Position numbers and translations under genes: made by a program. Below are positions 13,788 to 26,899 of a stretch of DNA of 64,000 bases, one piece after another. The notes under the pieces were generated by a model. The model did no database searches. It was given only the letters and a program-made list of their open reading frames with translations, and had not been told where the DNA came from. The DNA lies in the NCBI GenBank assembly GCA_043228905.1, contig JBHGNT010000021.1:8432001-8496000 (forward strand), written 5' to 3'. The stretch is from Azolla caroliniana. Lineage: Eukaryota > Plantae > Polypodiophyta. The first letter of the stretch is position 1; every line of letters starts with the position of its first letter.

Positions 13788-13864
13788 GCTAATGGTAATA
13801 ATAAGGTAGATTTATATAAGAGAATAATTAATTACTATGGTAGAGGCTAATCGTGTTGATAACG

Positions 13865-14115
13865 TGTTATAGAATAGAATGATTAAGTAAGATCAAAGAG
13901 TGATTAGATATTAATCAAGATCACAATACAATATCTAGATAGAGCTCATAAGCTATGCTCTTCTCTATATCTTCAAAATGATTGAGATACATAAGTTTTA
14001 TGACTCACAAGATGATGAGATGCATGCATACTATTTACATCATGAAGTCTTCTTAACTAGAGTTGAAGACTAAGATAAGTATAGCATAACTCATGTTATG
14101 CATGAGTTCATAACA
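13865..14115 (-). repeat. 5' LTR of Bianca-type copia
   Basis: Adjacent to the PBS; followed by TSD AATAT. Confidence 0.95.
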
Positions 14116-14144
14116 AATATGTTTTTTTTTTTTTTCGGGGGGGG

Positions 14145-15439
14145 TGTCAGGAACTACACTCTCCGATGAACAACGCTCGGCCACAACCGAGCTTAGAATC
14201 ATACACACAAAAAACGGGTAATGAATGCACGACACAATGGAGAGAAGAGCACACAGGATGTTTACGTGGAAAACCCAAACACGGGAAAAACCACGGCAGT
14301 CCACTGACTTCTAACTATCACTATGTAACAATATACAAAAGATGAACACAGAGGCAACGACCTCTTGTTCACTGTCTTCACCACAGGCGGCGGTTACAAC
14401 AAAGATACGAACTCTTCATCTCTTTCTCTCTCTCATTGTACACTGTTGTGCTCTAATCTTACGGCAACAAGAATGACAACAACACATACTAAGTTTGCCC
14501 TAAGTCATATTTATACTAATACGACTTTTCGGTTATTTACAAATATAGCCCCGATGGACTCTCAGGAAACATATTTACGAATATGTCCCTTCATCCGGTG
14601 AGCACTTCTCACCGGGCCTTCACCATCCGGCTCTTGCCGGGTACTCCTCATCCGGTTCTCACCGGGTCTTCCGTATCCGGGTACTCCTCATCCGGTTCTC
14701 ACCGGGTCTTCCGTTGCCGGGTACTCCACATCCGGTCCTCACAGGGTCTTCCATAGCCGGGTACTCCACATCCGGATTCGGCACTACACGCTCCGATGAA
14801 CAACGCTCGGCCACAACCGAGCTTAGAATCATACACACAAAAAACGGGTAATGAATGCACGACACAATGGAGAGAAGAGCACACAGGATGTTTACGTGGA
14901 AAACCCAAACACGGGAAAAACCATGGCAGTCCACTGACTTCTAACTATCACTATGTAACAATATACAAAAGATGAACACAGAGGCAACGACCTCTTGTTC
15001 ACTGTCTTCGCCACAGGCGGCGGTTACAACAAAGATACGAACTCTTCGTCTCTTTCTCTCTCTCACTGTACACTGTTGCGCTCTAATCTTACGGCAACAA
15101 GAATGACAACAACACATACTAAGTTTGCCCTAAGTCATATTTATACTAATACGACTTTTCGGCTATTTACAAATATAGCCCCGATGGACTCTCAGGAAAC
15201 ATATTTACGAATATGTCCCTTCATCCGGTGAGCACTTCTCACCGGGCCTTCACCATCCGGCTCTTGCCGGGTACTCCTCATCCGGTTCTCACCGGGTCTT
15301 CCATTGCCGGGTACTCCACATCCGGTTCTCACCGGGTCTTCCGTAGCCGGGTACTCCACATCCGGATTCGGCCTCGGCCGAGTTTGCTCATCCACACTGT
15401 TCTTCTCACTTCCCATCCGGAGGGACTTGTTTCCTAACA
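14145..15439 (-). mobile_element. Solo copia-type LTR with an internal ~630-bp tandem duplication
   Basis: Termini TGTCAGGAAC..GTTTCCTAACA (imperfect IR); flanks GGGGG/TGGGG; U5-like motif CCGTGGTTTTTCCC..GGGTTTTCCACGTAAA on the minus strand; units 14153-14782 and 14783-15372 with 40-bp CCGG-rich subrepeats. Confidence 0.75.
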
Positions 15440-16993
15440 TGGGGGAATAAATAAATAATAATATGTTTTTTTATATGTGTCAACCCACAAGTAGTAACTC
15501 TCAAACAACATAAATGATTAGGATTAGCTTACATGTGGGAACATGTGAGAAAAAGTATCGACAAAGGGTAAGAGCAGTGCAAGGAGTGAGAAGTACAATT
15601 GTGTGAGAAGAGTAGCAGGAGAGAGAAGAGACATAGTAGTGAGTGAAAGGCAATGGGAGGAGACCTAGAGTGAGAAGAAACTTAGGGATGAGAGTAGAGA
15701 GAAGCAAGATGAGAGCTAGTAGTGAGATAAGAGACAGGAGTGAAAGGGGTCGTAATGTTAAGAAGGCTAGGAACAAAGCCAAACCACCTAACCATGTCTC
15801 ATTGATTCAAATGTCCATGGTTTAAGCACACTTTCACACACATACACATGTTTTCATGACACCATTCATGAATGTATACATTTATATAATATTGTAGATC
15901 CATGGACATATGAAAATAAATAGATTGATGGAAGGATTAGTAATAATGCTTTGGTAGTGTTAACAAAATATAACAACCTTCTTTCATGTCAATTCAAGAA
16001 TTATCACACCATTACACTTTCAATAAGGGAGGGAAGAAAAAATAATAATTCTTTTGAGATATGAAAAAATTATTCATTGCCTTTTGAAAACCTTTTGTCA
16101 ACAGTATATTCAATTGATTTGCTACCTAATATGTGTATATTCATCATCTTATTCATGTTAATCAAAAGCCATATTTGTCTAAAGGAATCTTCTATATTGT
16201 CTGATCTAAATTATAAAAACATTTGACCATAAGAGAATGTGATTCTCAAATAGTGGTGAATCTCCTAGAAAATCTATTGTTAAACAATTTATAAATATAG
16301 CATATCAAATCATGCACATGATTGCCGCCAATAGGGAAAGAGATAATGATCTAATATCGTCCATTGGGAGCCACAATTATCCACGGAACCTCCACCCTTT
16401 TACGAAGTATAGTGCCTAAAACTAATTGGGCAAAATTAGGACTAGGAACCAAGTTGCAATGAAATAAAAAATAAAAAAGTGTTATCAAATTATAAATAAT
16501 CATCGAAATTGCCACGTGTGGGAGTCGGCTCTCATTGAAAATCTGGCAACCATGCCAAACATATACCTAAAGCCATTAATAAAGGGGATTTCCTTTATAG
16601 GAGTTCTTGAAATGCGGGGTGCACTCATGTACTAACTCATGAAAAGTCTCTCTAATGTTAGAGACTCATTTCAATTTGCAAGACGCATGAACATTGTTTT
16701 GCCATGCCTAGTCTTGTTGGCATTGGTAAATTTAAAAAATATGTGTTTAAATATTTCTATGTGAAGAGTGTAAGATTATGGACTTAGTGGGAGAGCAAGA
16801 GAAAATAATGAGGTAATATGAAATCCAAAGAGTCTTGTTGGCTAAGAATAAGCTAAGTTCTTTGATGACATGTATCAATATGTTGAACATGTTAGAAAGT
16901 TAGATGAATCTTCAAATTAGAAACACAACCACATGAAACCTTCTATTGCGAAGAGGAGAGATGTATCCGTTATAGGATAGAGACATATATAAC

Positions 16994-17428
16994 TGTTGAG
17001 AGATCAAGCTCAACTTAGTTTAGTTATTTAGTCAACCATATAACTTTGTAGTTACCTAGATAGAATCTAGTTAGGAGTGTTGTCTATAACTCCTTAAATA
17101 GGACCTTGTACGTAGTGGGATATTCTAGATCCTCCACTCCCAAGTACATTTAATATAGGACTTACACCCTTGTACCTATATTCTCCTCACACATGTGCAC
17201 GGTGCACCCTTGCACATGAGATCTATATATACCTCATTGTAGGTGTTTTTGTATTTTGATAATGCATTCTAATATAGTTACTCATCCCCCATCTTGTGTC
17301 GTTCATAATTGTATCTTCCTCTCTCTCTTCCTCTCACACACATGCACATATCACATAATCTTCTGCCCTTAACTTAATCACATAATTAGGTACTAATTAA
17401 CCCATAGTTAATCACTTGATTCTTAACA
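16994..17428 (+). mobile_element. Solo LTR (435 bp) with 5-bp TSD
   Basis: TGTTGAG..CTTAACA termini; TSD ATAAC at 16989-16993 and 17429-17433; 5' end TGTTGAGAGATCAAGCTCAAC nearly matches the LTR at 2954. Confidence 0.85.
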
Positions 17429-18845
17429 ATAACATTGTAACATGGGATAGTTAAGACTATGGTGAGGTGAGCACGTTTTAAGAATTATGCAAAATTTCAA
17501 ACATAAACAAAGGCATTGCCCATGCATGAGACCTACTAGCACCCACCCATAGTCACACATAAGACAATGTGTAGCTCTTGTTTTATAGCCTTACTAGCAT
17601 ACATATATGTGGTACTGATGCATGGGCAATTGTATGCCTCCCTTGTTCAAACATGTAACGCATAACATAACTTAGGTTGCCCCTGAGCCTTATTAATGCC
17701 ATATTGTCTAAAACTTTCCCAATATAAAGTAGCTTGTGCAAATCACATCCTTTTTCAATTTCAACCAAGAAAGACACATTACAATTTAATAATTGGAGGC
17801 AATTCATTCACAAAGCTAAACACGTCACATATACCATGCTTTAAAGCAATACTATTTATACCTCTCTAGTTCTACATGTTGAACAACTACATGTAACACA
17901 TAGGCATTTTCTATATAGGTTTGTAGTACCATCAAAAGCTTTCTCAATCACACACACACAATAAAATCCCATATAATATGAAGAGTGCACTTATACCTTC
18001 ACATATTGGTGGTTTTTCTTGCAAGTATATATGTATGGGAATCTAAATTAGCATGTATTACCTTAACACCATCATAGTGCCTCAATTTGAGACATGACAT
18101 GGTGGTCAGATGGGTGGGAACGCATCATGCTTTTCCATGTGCTTCAATAATGTTTGGTTGTTCAAAAACATAAGCCTTGAATTTTTGCAAGTAAAAACAT
18201 TTTTGAGACATAAATTATATGAAAGCTAATATACTCAATCATTGGCAATGAAAGGGTAACGTGCTTAACTCCACAATTATTAGGATTTGGTCAACATGAA
18301 GCTATATAAACAATGAAATTCTTTTATGGACGTGTAACCCATCTAAAACAAAATAAAAACGTAAAGGGAGAAGGCTTGGATTTGGATTGAAACCCATCTT
18401 TTGGATATAATATAAGCTAGCAAAGCACAATGTAAAAGGTTTTCTTTAATGAATTGTAGTTTATGTTTACAATCTTGTTAGAAATCTAAATTGAAATTAC
18501 CATTTTTTCGTGAAAGTTTACATCCTTTAAAAGGGAATGTTACTAAATACAGACATGCAAGGAAATAGGAAGTGAGGGCTTTAATATATGTAAGCAAATA
18601 AGACTATTATTTCAGCTACTTTGCAATCCAATTCACAAACCTCCTAGAGTTTCCACACAATTATTTCATTCAATATTAAAGGATAATATGAGAACTTTCA
18701 TGACGGAAATGCCAACTGACTTCTCTAATCTTAGACACCTCACAATCCTTTTTTGCTGAATATTGTAATCGACGAGAGAAAGCTTTATGCATAACATGTG
18801 AAAGCCTCGACTTTAATCGATGTGGAGAAAACTGATAATTTCATA

Positions 18846-19639
18846 CCTAGGAATAGTGGTCAACTTTGAATAAAAAGGTGAAGCTCAAAAATATCCATGT
18901 TGAAAGCTATCTTACATGGGTAGAGATTGGAGTTGCCAGACTTATCGTGGTTGCAACAATGCATGATATTAAGCATCATCTCTTGCTCTCCTTGGAGCCC
19001 ATATGCAAGCTAGCTCTCTCGTTGACTCTTATGTTGTAATAATGTTAGCATGCCCCATATGTGTTCATATGTGCTCTGTGGCCTCCCTTTAGGTAGTCAC
19101 TTTGTCTTCTTTCACATTTCACATAACCTTCAAGTTTACGTGAAACGTGATATCTTCAATTCTTAACTTTGAGTCACAAGTTCTTGTTTACTACTTTCCA
19201 ATATTAAATTAAAGTGCAACAATCCAAATTGAATTTCAATCCACAAGTAAACAAAGGAATCAAACGATAATTCTAAAACTTTCTTAGCTTGAATTATGTT
19301 AAGGCTTAAACACATCCCGCTTTGTGGATCAAGTCGGTGTTTTTGATGAATGATGATAAGTAGGAATCTTGTTCTAACAAGAGACGTTGCAAGTGGGTGT
19401 TTGAAATAATAGATACTCCGACTTTCCTAATGTTGCTACAACGAAACCAATGATTGACATGGTTCATATCTATACCATGAATATATTATGCACATGTTAT
19501 TCTATATTATATATCTCCATGCTTGCTTAGTATAAGGATCCATTTTGACCATGTAATAAGAAATAAAATGTAAGATAGCTTTCAACATGGATATTTTTGA
19601 GCTTCACCTTTTTATTCAAAGTTGACCACTATTCCTAGG
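18846..19639. repeat. Perfect 72-bp inverted repeat pair enclosing 650 bp
   Basis: 18846-18917 is the exact reverse complement of 19568-19639. Confidence 0.9.
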
Positions 19640-20724
19640 CTGGTTATTAATTAATGTCCAAAGGTAGGAATAACTAGCGACAAATTCCAATCCATGTTTG
19701 TCATACAACAAACTGTTGTAGATCCCTTCGACTATACTATATTCACTCACCTTAATGTTGGTGTGTAGTCAACATGTAAAGTTTATGAACTATTGGTAGT
19801 GCATGATCAATTGGTGCACATTCAACGTGTAAAGTTTAGGAACCATTGGTAGTGCATGATCATTAGCATAGACACTCTTCAATGGTTTAAGAAAAGGCCA
19901 ATTTCTTTAAATGAAGAGCTTTTGTAGTGTCATTGGATTTTCCATCATCAACTCATGCCGAGTGAACCATGGCTTCCTCGCTACTTGCACAAATACATAG
20001 TTATATGAAGCTAAAATGCAGATTTTTGAGCAAAGGCTTGTTGTTAAGAATAATACTTGCTCATCACGAAGAGATTGTATGAAGGTAGATTCATAGGCTC
20101 GAAGATTACTAAAAGGCCTAAGGCTCTTTAATGTGACAAAGATATCAAGGCTATATGAGCGATGTTGTCTGAGGTAGGGTTCCCACAAAATACAAACATA
20201 TTCATCTAATTGGTTGAGATAAAAGCAAATATACAAAATAGAGTTTATCATATAATGTATAGGGTTAAAAACAACCTATATTCGAAAGATTGCAATTACG
20301 CTTTAGAATTACAAAAGAATTGTTCGTACTCAATGAAGTTATTATTGAGGTTTTATGCAAGAGACATGAATGGTGTATCTTGTGTGACGGTATACTTGCA
20401 TTTCACATTTCATATGGGGTTAACACGTATTGCTTGTATGTCTATAATGAGAGAGAGATTTATATCAAGACACAAGCTTGGAGCGGCACAACATTCGTAG
20501 ATGTAATCTGGAATATAACACGGGCGTCTTGCCCAATGGTCATGATGTGTCAAAACGAGTTTTATCAGGAGCACTACATCGAAACCCGACGATCACACAC
20601 ACAATGCATACATTCGCTTCATGCACATCAAAAACGAGAAATTCCATGAAATATTCAAAGGGCAAACAATAACTGTTTGATTTTTCAAAACCTACACATA
20701 TGTGGACAAATGTTGTAGTGAGGT

Positions 20725-21378
20725 GGTCTATGTCTATGTCTTGGTCTTGGTCTTGGTCTTGGTCTTGGTCTCGAGCTAACCGGACCAATGCAAAGAAGAG
20801 TCTTGGTCTTGGTCTCGAGCTAACCGAACCAAATGCAAAGAAGAGTCTTGGTCTTGGACTTGACCTCGAGCAAACCGAACCGATCCAAAGAAGAGTCTTG
20901 GTCTCGAGCTAACCGAACCAATGCAAAGAAGAGTCTTGGTCTTGGTCTTGGTCTTGGTCTTGGACTTGACCCTTCCCTCCAAATTTAGGGCAAAGAAAGT
21001 CCTCTTTCTCTCTTTCTCTTGGACTTGACCTCGAGCAAACCGAACCGATCCAAAGAAGAGTCTTGGTCTCGAGCTAACCGAACCAATGCAAAGAAGAGTC
21101 TTGGTCTTGGTCTTGGACTTGACCCTTCCCTCCAAATTTAGGGCAAAGAAAGTCCTCTTTCTCTCTTTCTCTTGGACTTGACCTTGAGCTAACCGAACCA
21201 AATGCAAAGAAGAGTTCTTGGTCTTGGACTTGACCTCGAGCAAACCGAACCGATCCAAAGAAGAGTCTTGGTCTCGAGCTAACCGAACCAATGCAAAGAA
21301 GAGTCTTGGTCTTGGTCTTGGTCTTGGACTTGACCCTTCCCTCCAAATTTAGGGCAAAGAAAGTCCTCCCCCTCTCTT

Positions 21379-21385
<7 letters not shown>
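20725..21385. repeat. Compound minisatellite array upstream of the Nudix gene
   Basis: Shuffled modules (TCTTGG)n, GAGCTAACCGAACCAATGCAAAGAAGAG and ACTTGACCCTTCCCTCCAAATTTAGGGCAAAGAAAGTCC (x3); followed by (TA)n at 21388-21417. Confidence 0.9.
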
Positions 21386-21419
<34 letters not shown>

Positions 21420-22335
21420 CCTCTAAATTTATCTGTGAAAGATTTTTCAAGTGCTTTCTTTCTTCTTCTACAGTTTTACTCTGCTCTGCTTTGAAGAAGA
21501 ACCATTTTCTTTCAAAGCTCTCTCATTCTCTCATACACAGACGCACACGGATCGCATCAAACTCCGGCCTGGTATGCTCTCTTACCCTAATCCATCCATC
21601 CATGGTTTTTTTTGTTTTGTTTTGTATGGTATTCTTCCTCTTGCACGTACAGGTTTTTTGATGTTCTGCATCCCCCCCCCCCCAACAGTCCTGATCGTGT
21701 CTCTTCCTCATCTCCGATGTTTTGATAGTTTATCCTTTCCTAGGGTTTTGCTTGCATCCTTGTTGTTTCTTTATATATATATATATATATATATTCTTTG
21801 CAGTTTGAAACTAGAACCTCTCTCTATCCTCCGCTGATATACATTGTTTTAGGGTTGCTTGGCCTTCCCTTTCGAACTTTCTTAGAACGAAATTAGGGTT
21901 TCATTGGAGGTTCTGGTGTTCCTCACATCACAATCAAGGTTTATTTGCATTTTTTCTGATGCCTTTTTGCGGTCCGGAAACTGATTTTGTCTGGGGATTT
22001 TTCAGATTAAAATTAGACTTTTTCTGGAGACATCATTGCTGGGGCTTTGAATATCAAACCTAGAGTTTCTCGTGGTGGTTTCTTGAGGCATTTTTCTGAG
22101 ATTTTCCAAAATCAAACCTAGGCTTTTTTGGGAGTTCTACAGTGAAGTTTTCCTTACACTGGTCCAAATTTTGATTGAAAAATGACTTCCATACATTTTT
22201 GCTCAAGATTCGTTCACTAAAACGATGGGGAAATGGAGGATTTGCTGAAAGGTTATTGACATTTGCTGTTTGAAGATTTGCTGAAATATTATCAACATTT
22301 GTGACTTGATCTTCAGAAGCTTCCATCTAAAAGCA

Positions 22336-25300
22336 ATGGAAGGTGGTAATCTGTCTAGAGCTAATTCTAGCAATGGAAACTTGAATCCTCTGGTTGCTCG
22401 AACTGGTCGCCATCAACAGAGATATGACTGTGGATATCGTCTGATCGCAGGGTAAACTAGACAATTTTTTTTCTTACTTGGTCATTTGATTTCCTTCCTT
22501 TGCTTGCATGAAATTATAGGAAATTATGAGAAAAAATAACAAATTGATAGGAATTTGTGGTATGACTGTGGATGTCATCTCATCTCAGGGAATATGATGA
22601 TTGTGACTGGATACATTTTCTTGTCACAATCATTATCAGAGATTGGCCCCACATCCTCTGCATTCACCTCATGCAATCGCAAGAAGGCCATTCGGTCCCT
22701 TCAACATCAGAAAATCATAAACAACGATTGAAAATGTTTTTCTTTAGCTAATTCATCAAAAGTCCCTCATTGTCATTCATGCATTACCTCAAAATATTGG
22801 TTGGAATTTGAGACATGACTTTAGATATCATCCCATAGCAGGAAAATGAGACAACATTTCCTTACTAATTTCTAGGGACCCCTTTCCTCTTTCATGCATG
22901 AAGGAAGTTAGGAAATTATCAGAAAATGACATTGAAAATTGGGATGACTGGATATATCTTCTTGTCACAGGGAAAAGTAGAAATCTTTTCTTTATCAATT
23001 TGTCAAAATTCCCCCCCATTACATGCATAAAATAGAAGAAAAATTGAGGTTTTCCTTTTGCATTTTGGATCTTCGTGAGATAAACCAGAAAATTTTCTCT
23101 GAGTTTTACCCTTCTCATTCATGAAATAGTTTTGAAATCATGACAGAATTTGTCAAAACTTTGTAGAAATTTGAGAGATGACTGGACTTATCTCAATGCA
23201 GTGTTTTGAGGTTTTGTTCACTTATGTACTAATTTGTCATTGTTCTTTCATTTTTGCACATGAAATAATAGGAGAACTCATAGGAATATATATATATATG
23301 TGTGTGTGTGTGTGTCTGTTTTTGTGCCCTTTATAAACATTTCCATGCAACAAGTTCTGTTTCTTTTATGTAGAGGAATATGTTTCTATATTCATTTGCT
23401 TTTATTTCCATTATCAGGTGTGTACCTTATAGATACAACATAGATAACCGAAATGGACATGATTCTCAGAGAGTGATGGAAGTTCTAATGGTCACTACAC
23501 AGGGTGGGCCCGGTCTCCTTTTCCCTAAGGTTTGTCTCTCTGGTACTAACTTCTCTTTGTCAAATTGTCCCCCTTTCCTTCCATGAAGGAAATAATAAAC
23601 AAATCCTGCAAATTCAATGGCACTTATTGTAAATACAAACGTATATTTATTTGCATATATGCGTAATATTTCTGCTGAAAATCACTAAATATTCTTTACT
23701 AGCATAAATATTATATATTTGAGGTAAGTAATGCTTAGTTGGCAATTGTAATAAATTATTTTCTTTGTATTACAAGGGAGGTTGGGAGACAGATGAAACA
23801 GCTGAGGAGGCTGCATGTCGTGAAGCTTTTGAAGAGGCTGGTGTCCAGGGTGAACTGAAGGTTAGAAAAACAACTGTATTTTCCTGGGCATCAGAACTTA
23901 AAATATCTGTAAATTAACATCGTACAAGTTTTCTAACGATACTATTTTTTATACACTCCTCCCCCCCCCCCCCCTCCCGGGAAAAATATTCAGTTTAAAC
24001 CATCTATACAAACACAATTTCTTTCCAAACGTTTTATAGATGAACTGTGTTTCGCCGAAAACAGCTAAGAGAGAATTCAGTTGGTCTCAGCCTGGATCAA
24101 TTTCCTCTTCATGATATACTTTTGATGGAATTTTGATGTGTGCTCATTTACTTCTTTCATGGCCCAGTTTTTTGATGGTGTTGATAGTTAATGGAATATA
24201 TTGATATGTGATCATTTCTTGTGGCATTGGTTTCTTTCAGGAATGTCTAGGATGTTGGGAATTCAAGAGTAAACGACAGCAAAGTGAACAGAACAGTGAT
24301 GGCTTATGTCGGGCATACATGTTCCCTCTATTTGTCACGGAAGAATTTGAAACTTGGCCAGAGCAACATGCGCGAGAACGCCACTGGGTAAGTATAGCAG
24401 TTTTTTTTATCTTAAGATAATTCACACTCGAAAACATAATTTCCTTCGAATTGTCTCATCTGATTTTTTACTTTGTAGACTCATGTTTGGCCGAGCTATA
24501 TTATTCATTGGGTAGTAAATACTGTTTGCCTTAATATAATCCACTCATTTTTTTTCAAAATTTCTTTCTATTGGAATTGTGTCTTTAAGTTTATGCTTTT
24601 TTAGTTTTATGTTAGCAAAGTCATATATTCATTTTGGGTAAGTATAATCTGTCTTAATATATATGTATATACATACATATTTCACATATTTTTTAGACGA
24701 TGTTGATGGTAACCCCTCAATTCTTATTCAACATCTCTTTTTTCTCTTCTTTCTCTCTCCAATTCTTCTCTCTGCTCTCATTCTTGAACCTGCTCAATGC
24801 TCTCTTCTTTCTCCTCTTGCTCTTGACACTGCACTCTAGAGGCATTGTGGCGGGTTCAGGAGGCTAGAAAAAGGAGAACAAAGAGAAAGGATATATGCTG
24901 GAGAAAGAAGAGAGATGAGAGACAAAGAGTATGAAAGTTCAAGAGTGAGGAGAGAGAGAGATAGAGATAGAGAGATAGAGAGATGAAAGGGGCGTCGAAC
25001 AGAGATTTGGGGGTGTCGGTGCGTGGACGTCTGCCATTTAAATGATTATTAATATAATTTACGCATGTTCTTAAATTTTCATCGAAATAAGTTTGTAGTT
25101 TGTAGTTTCATTGTTAGGTAAGTAGTACATTCACTGTGTAGTATATGATTTGGCTCAATGTATAATCCATGCGTCTTTTTTAAATTGCCATAAAAACGAT
25201 GTACTGTTTCATTGTGGATGATAACTAGTTAGTTGCTTAGACATTTCATTGTGGATGAAATTGTCTATTTAAATTTGTACTTTCTTGTTTCATGTTATTT

Positions 25301-25506
25301 ATGCTGTAAAGATGATCTATTTATACTGACCTACCTACCTATCTATATGCATGGTGCAGTTTAAAGCTGTGGAGGCTGTAGAGAAATGCCGATATGAGTG
25401 GATGCAGAAAGTCCTGAATCAGTGCATTTCCCATTTGAGCAACAAATGCCTCAACCATGATGCTGGAAATTCAAAATCTCCTCCCCCTCTCGAACCTTCC
25501 TATTGA
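22336..25506 (+). CDS. Nudix hydrolase, DIPP/NUDX12-13-16-like subfamily, 201 aa; exons 22336-22451, 23418-23529, 23777-23860, 24241-24387, 25360-25506
   Basis: Spliced with GT-AG introns in frame (606 nt): LVARTGRHQQRY..RLIAGCVPYR..EVLMVT..GLLFPK GGWETDETAEEAACREAFEEAGV (Nudix box)..LGCWEFKSKR..CRAYMFPLFVTEEFETWPEQ..RHW..EAVEKCRYEWM. Confidence 0.93.
24695..25032. mobile_element. Fold-back/MITE-like imperfect palindrome in Nudix intron 4
   Basis: Pyrimidine-rich left arm and purine-rich right arm; CTCTTCTTTCTCC 24802-24814 pairs with 24900-24912; TCTTGAAC 24782-24789 pairs with 24937-24944; diverged terminal arms. Confidence 0.55.
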
Positions 25507-26899
25507 AGGTTGAAAATCGCAGCTGAAACTTGCAAAGTAGTAATATTTACCTGCTAGTTCTTTAATGATCAAAATTTTATTGATCTATATGCCCAAATCC
25601 TTAGTTAGGGGTTTTCTGCTTATTATTACTTTCCAATCATGGATGATAAAAAGTCCCCCAGTATACGGTGATTTACTTCATTTCATTGTGATTCCCATTC
25701 CATAATGAAACCCCTTTTTACCATATCCTTACCCCCCTTGGGTCGTTGCAAGGAAAGGGGAGATAGATGAAAGCCGAGTAGTGTTCCTATACTTATTTGT
25801 AAACTGTGTCCATAGCTTAGATAAAACTCTTGAAACGTTCAATTGTTACATTCAGTATATGGTGATTTAGACACCCTTCTTTTCAACAACATGGTTGGAG
25901 AAAAGTAAAGTCAGCAAAAGAAAGCACATAATGCGAAGGTGAATTGATTGTGGAATCTAACCTCCGAAATGTGAGATTTCTAAATAGAATACATTGGGAT
26001 GAGATCTTATCTTTGAGTTAATCGATCTCATAGAGAGTGAGATGGCCTGCCATTTTGTATTTTGCTGCCATAAGGTTTTTAAAAATGTTTTGTATAAATA
26101 GATAATACTGCTTCAATATATACTTTCTATTATTGTTCCCTTGTCCATTTGCCTCACTCCATCCCCATATCGATTTGAGGGATGAAGATGATCGATTTTT
26201 GTGGATTGGTTTTCTGAAAATTTAAGATTTAACTATTGAGTGAGCTCTAATATCTATTTTTAAAATTTTTGTATCTTCTGGTTGAGTGAGAGGGAGTGAA
26301 TCATACTTGTCCTAATGGAGCATATAATATCTATATCTGTATAAACCACATTTTATTTGTTTCTCTGATGAATTTGTATTTGCATGTAGCTCTAGTGTTG
26401 GTACGAAGATATATTTGTCTATTCATGCTTTTTAAGAAGTTGAATCGTTCAATTCTGTTTTTGAGTTGATTTGTTGTGTATGCGTGTCCCTTTATCGCAT
26501 CTTCTGTATATGACATCATGGGGACATAATTTGATTCAAAAAGTGTTTATGATGTGATTTAAAAAATTATTTTTTCAAATCTGCCATTGCCAAGAGTGTA
26601 ACAATTCTTTTAAGAGGACTGAGTGTTCCTACTGTTCCTTTTTCTCTTTTTAAGGTCTGCAAGCCCTTTGAAAAGAAGTAGAATTTGAGCTTTAGATTTT
26701 GGATGAGAGAAAGGATCTTGATGATTCCATGCATGAGAATCTTGTCTCTGTAATGGCAATAATTAAATTGCAGAAAATGTGAAAGTTTGTACAATAATTA
26801 GTTAGATTCATGAACGAATGACACATGCTAGATATGTTGTGTGGCCAAGTGTTAAGAAAATGTGAAATGCTTTTGTTTATAAGACATACTTTGCCATGT

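Larger units (their letters stand above)
9027..14115 (-). mobile_element. Complete-structure Ty1/copia element, Bianca lineage (pol broken by frameshifts and stops)
   Basis: 251-bp LTRs at 9027-9277 and 13865-14115 (TG..CA, 2 mismatches); TSD AATAT at 9022-9026 and 14116-14120; PPT TGAGGGGGAG (9278-9287, minus); PBS CGTTATCAACACGA at 13851-13864; gag, PR, INT (QFPDFPIKSIRMDNAAEFTS), RT (IYVDDL), RNase H. Confidence 0.95.

Noticed and set aside
16100-18800. Scattered L1-like peptide hints (GCP.. motif near 17675)
   Set aside because: Too degenerate to delimit or support as a feature without a homology search.
20700-21494. ORFs over the modular array (DQDQDQ, SWSWSW, KTKTKT)
   Set aside because: They are translations of (TCTTGG)n and module repeats; there is no spacer structure or coding evidence.
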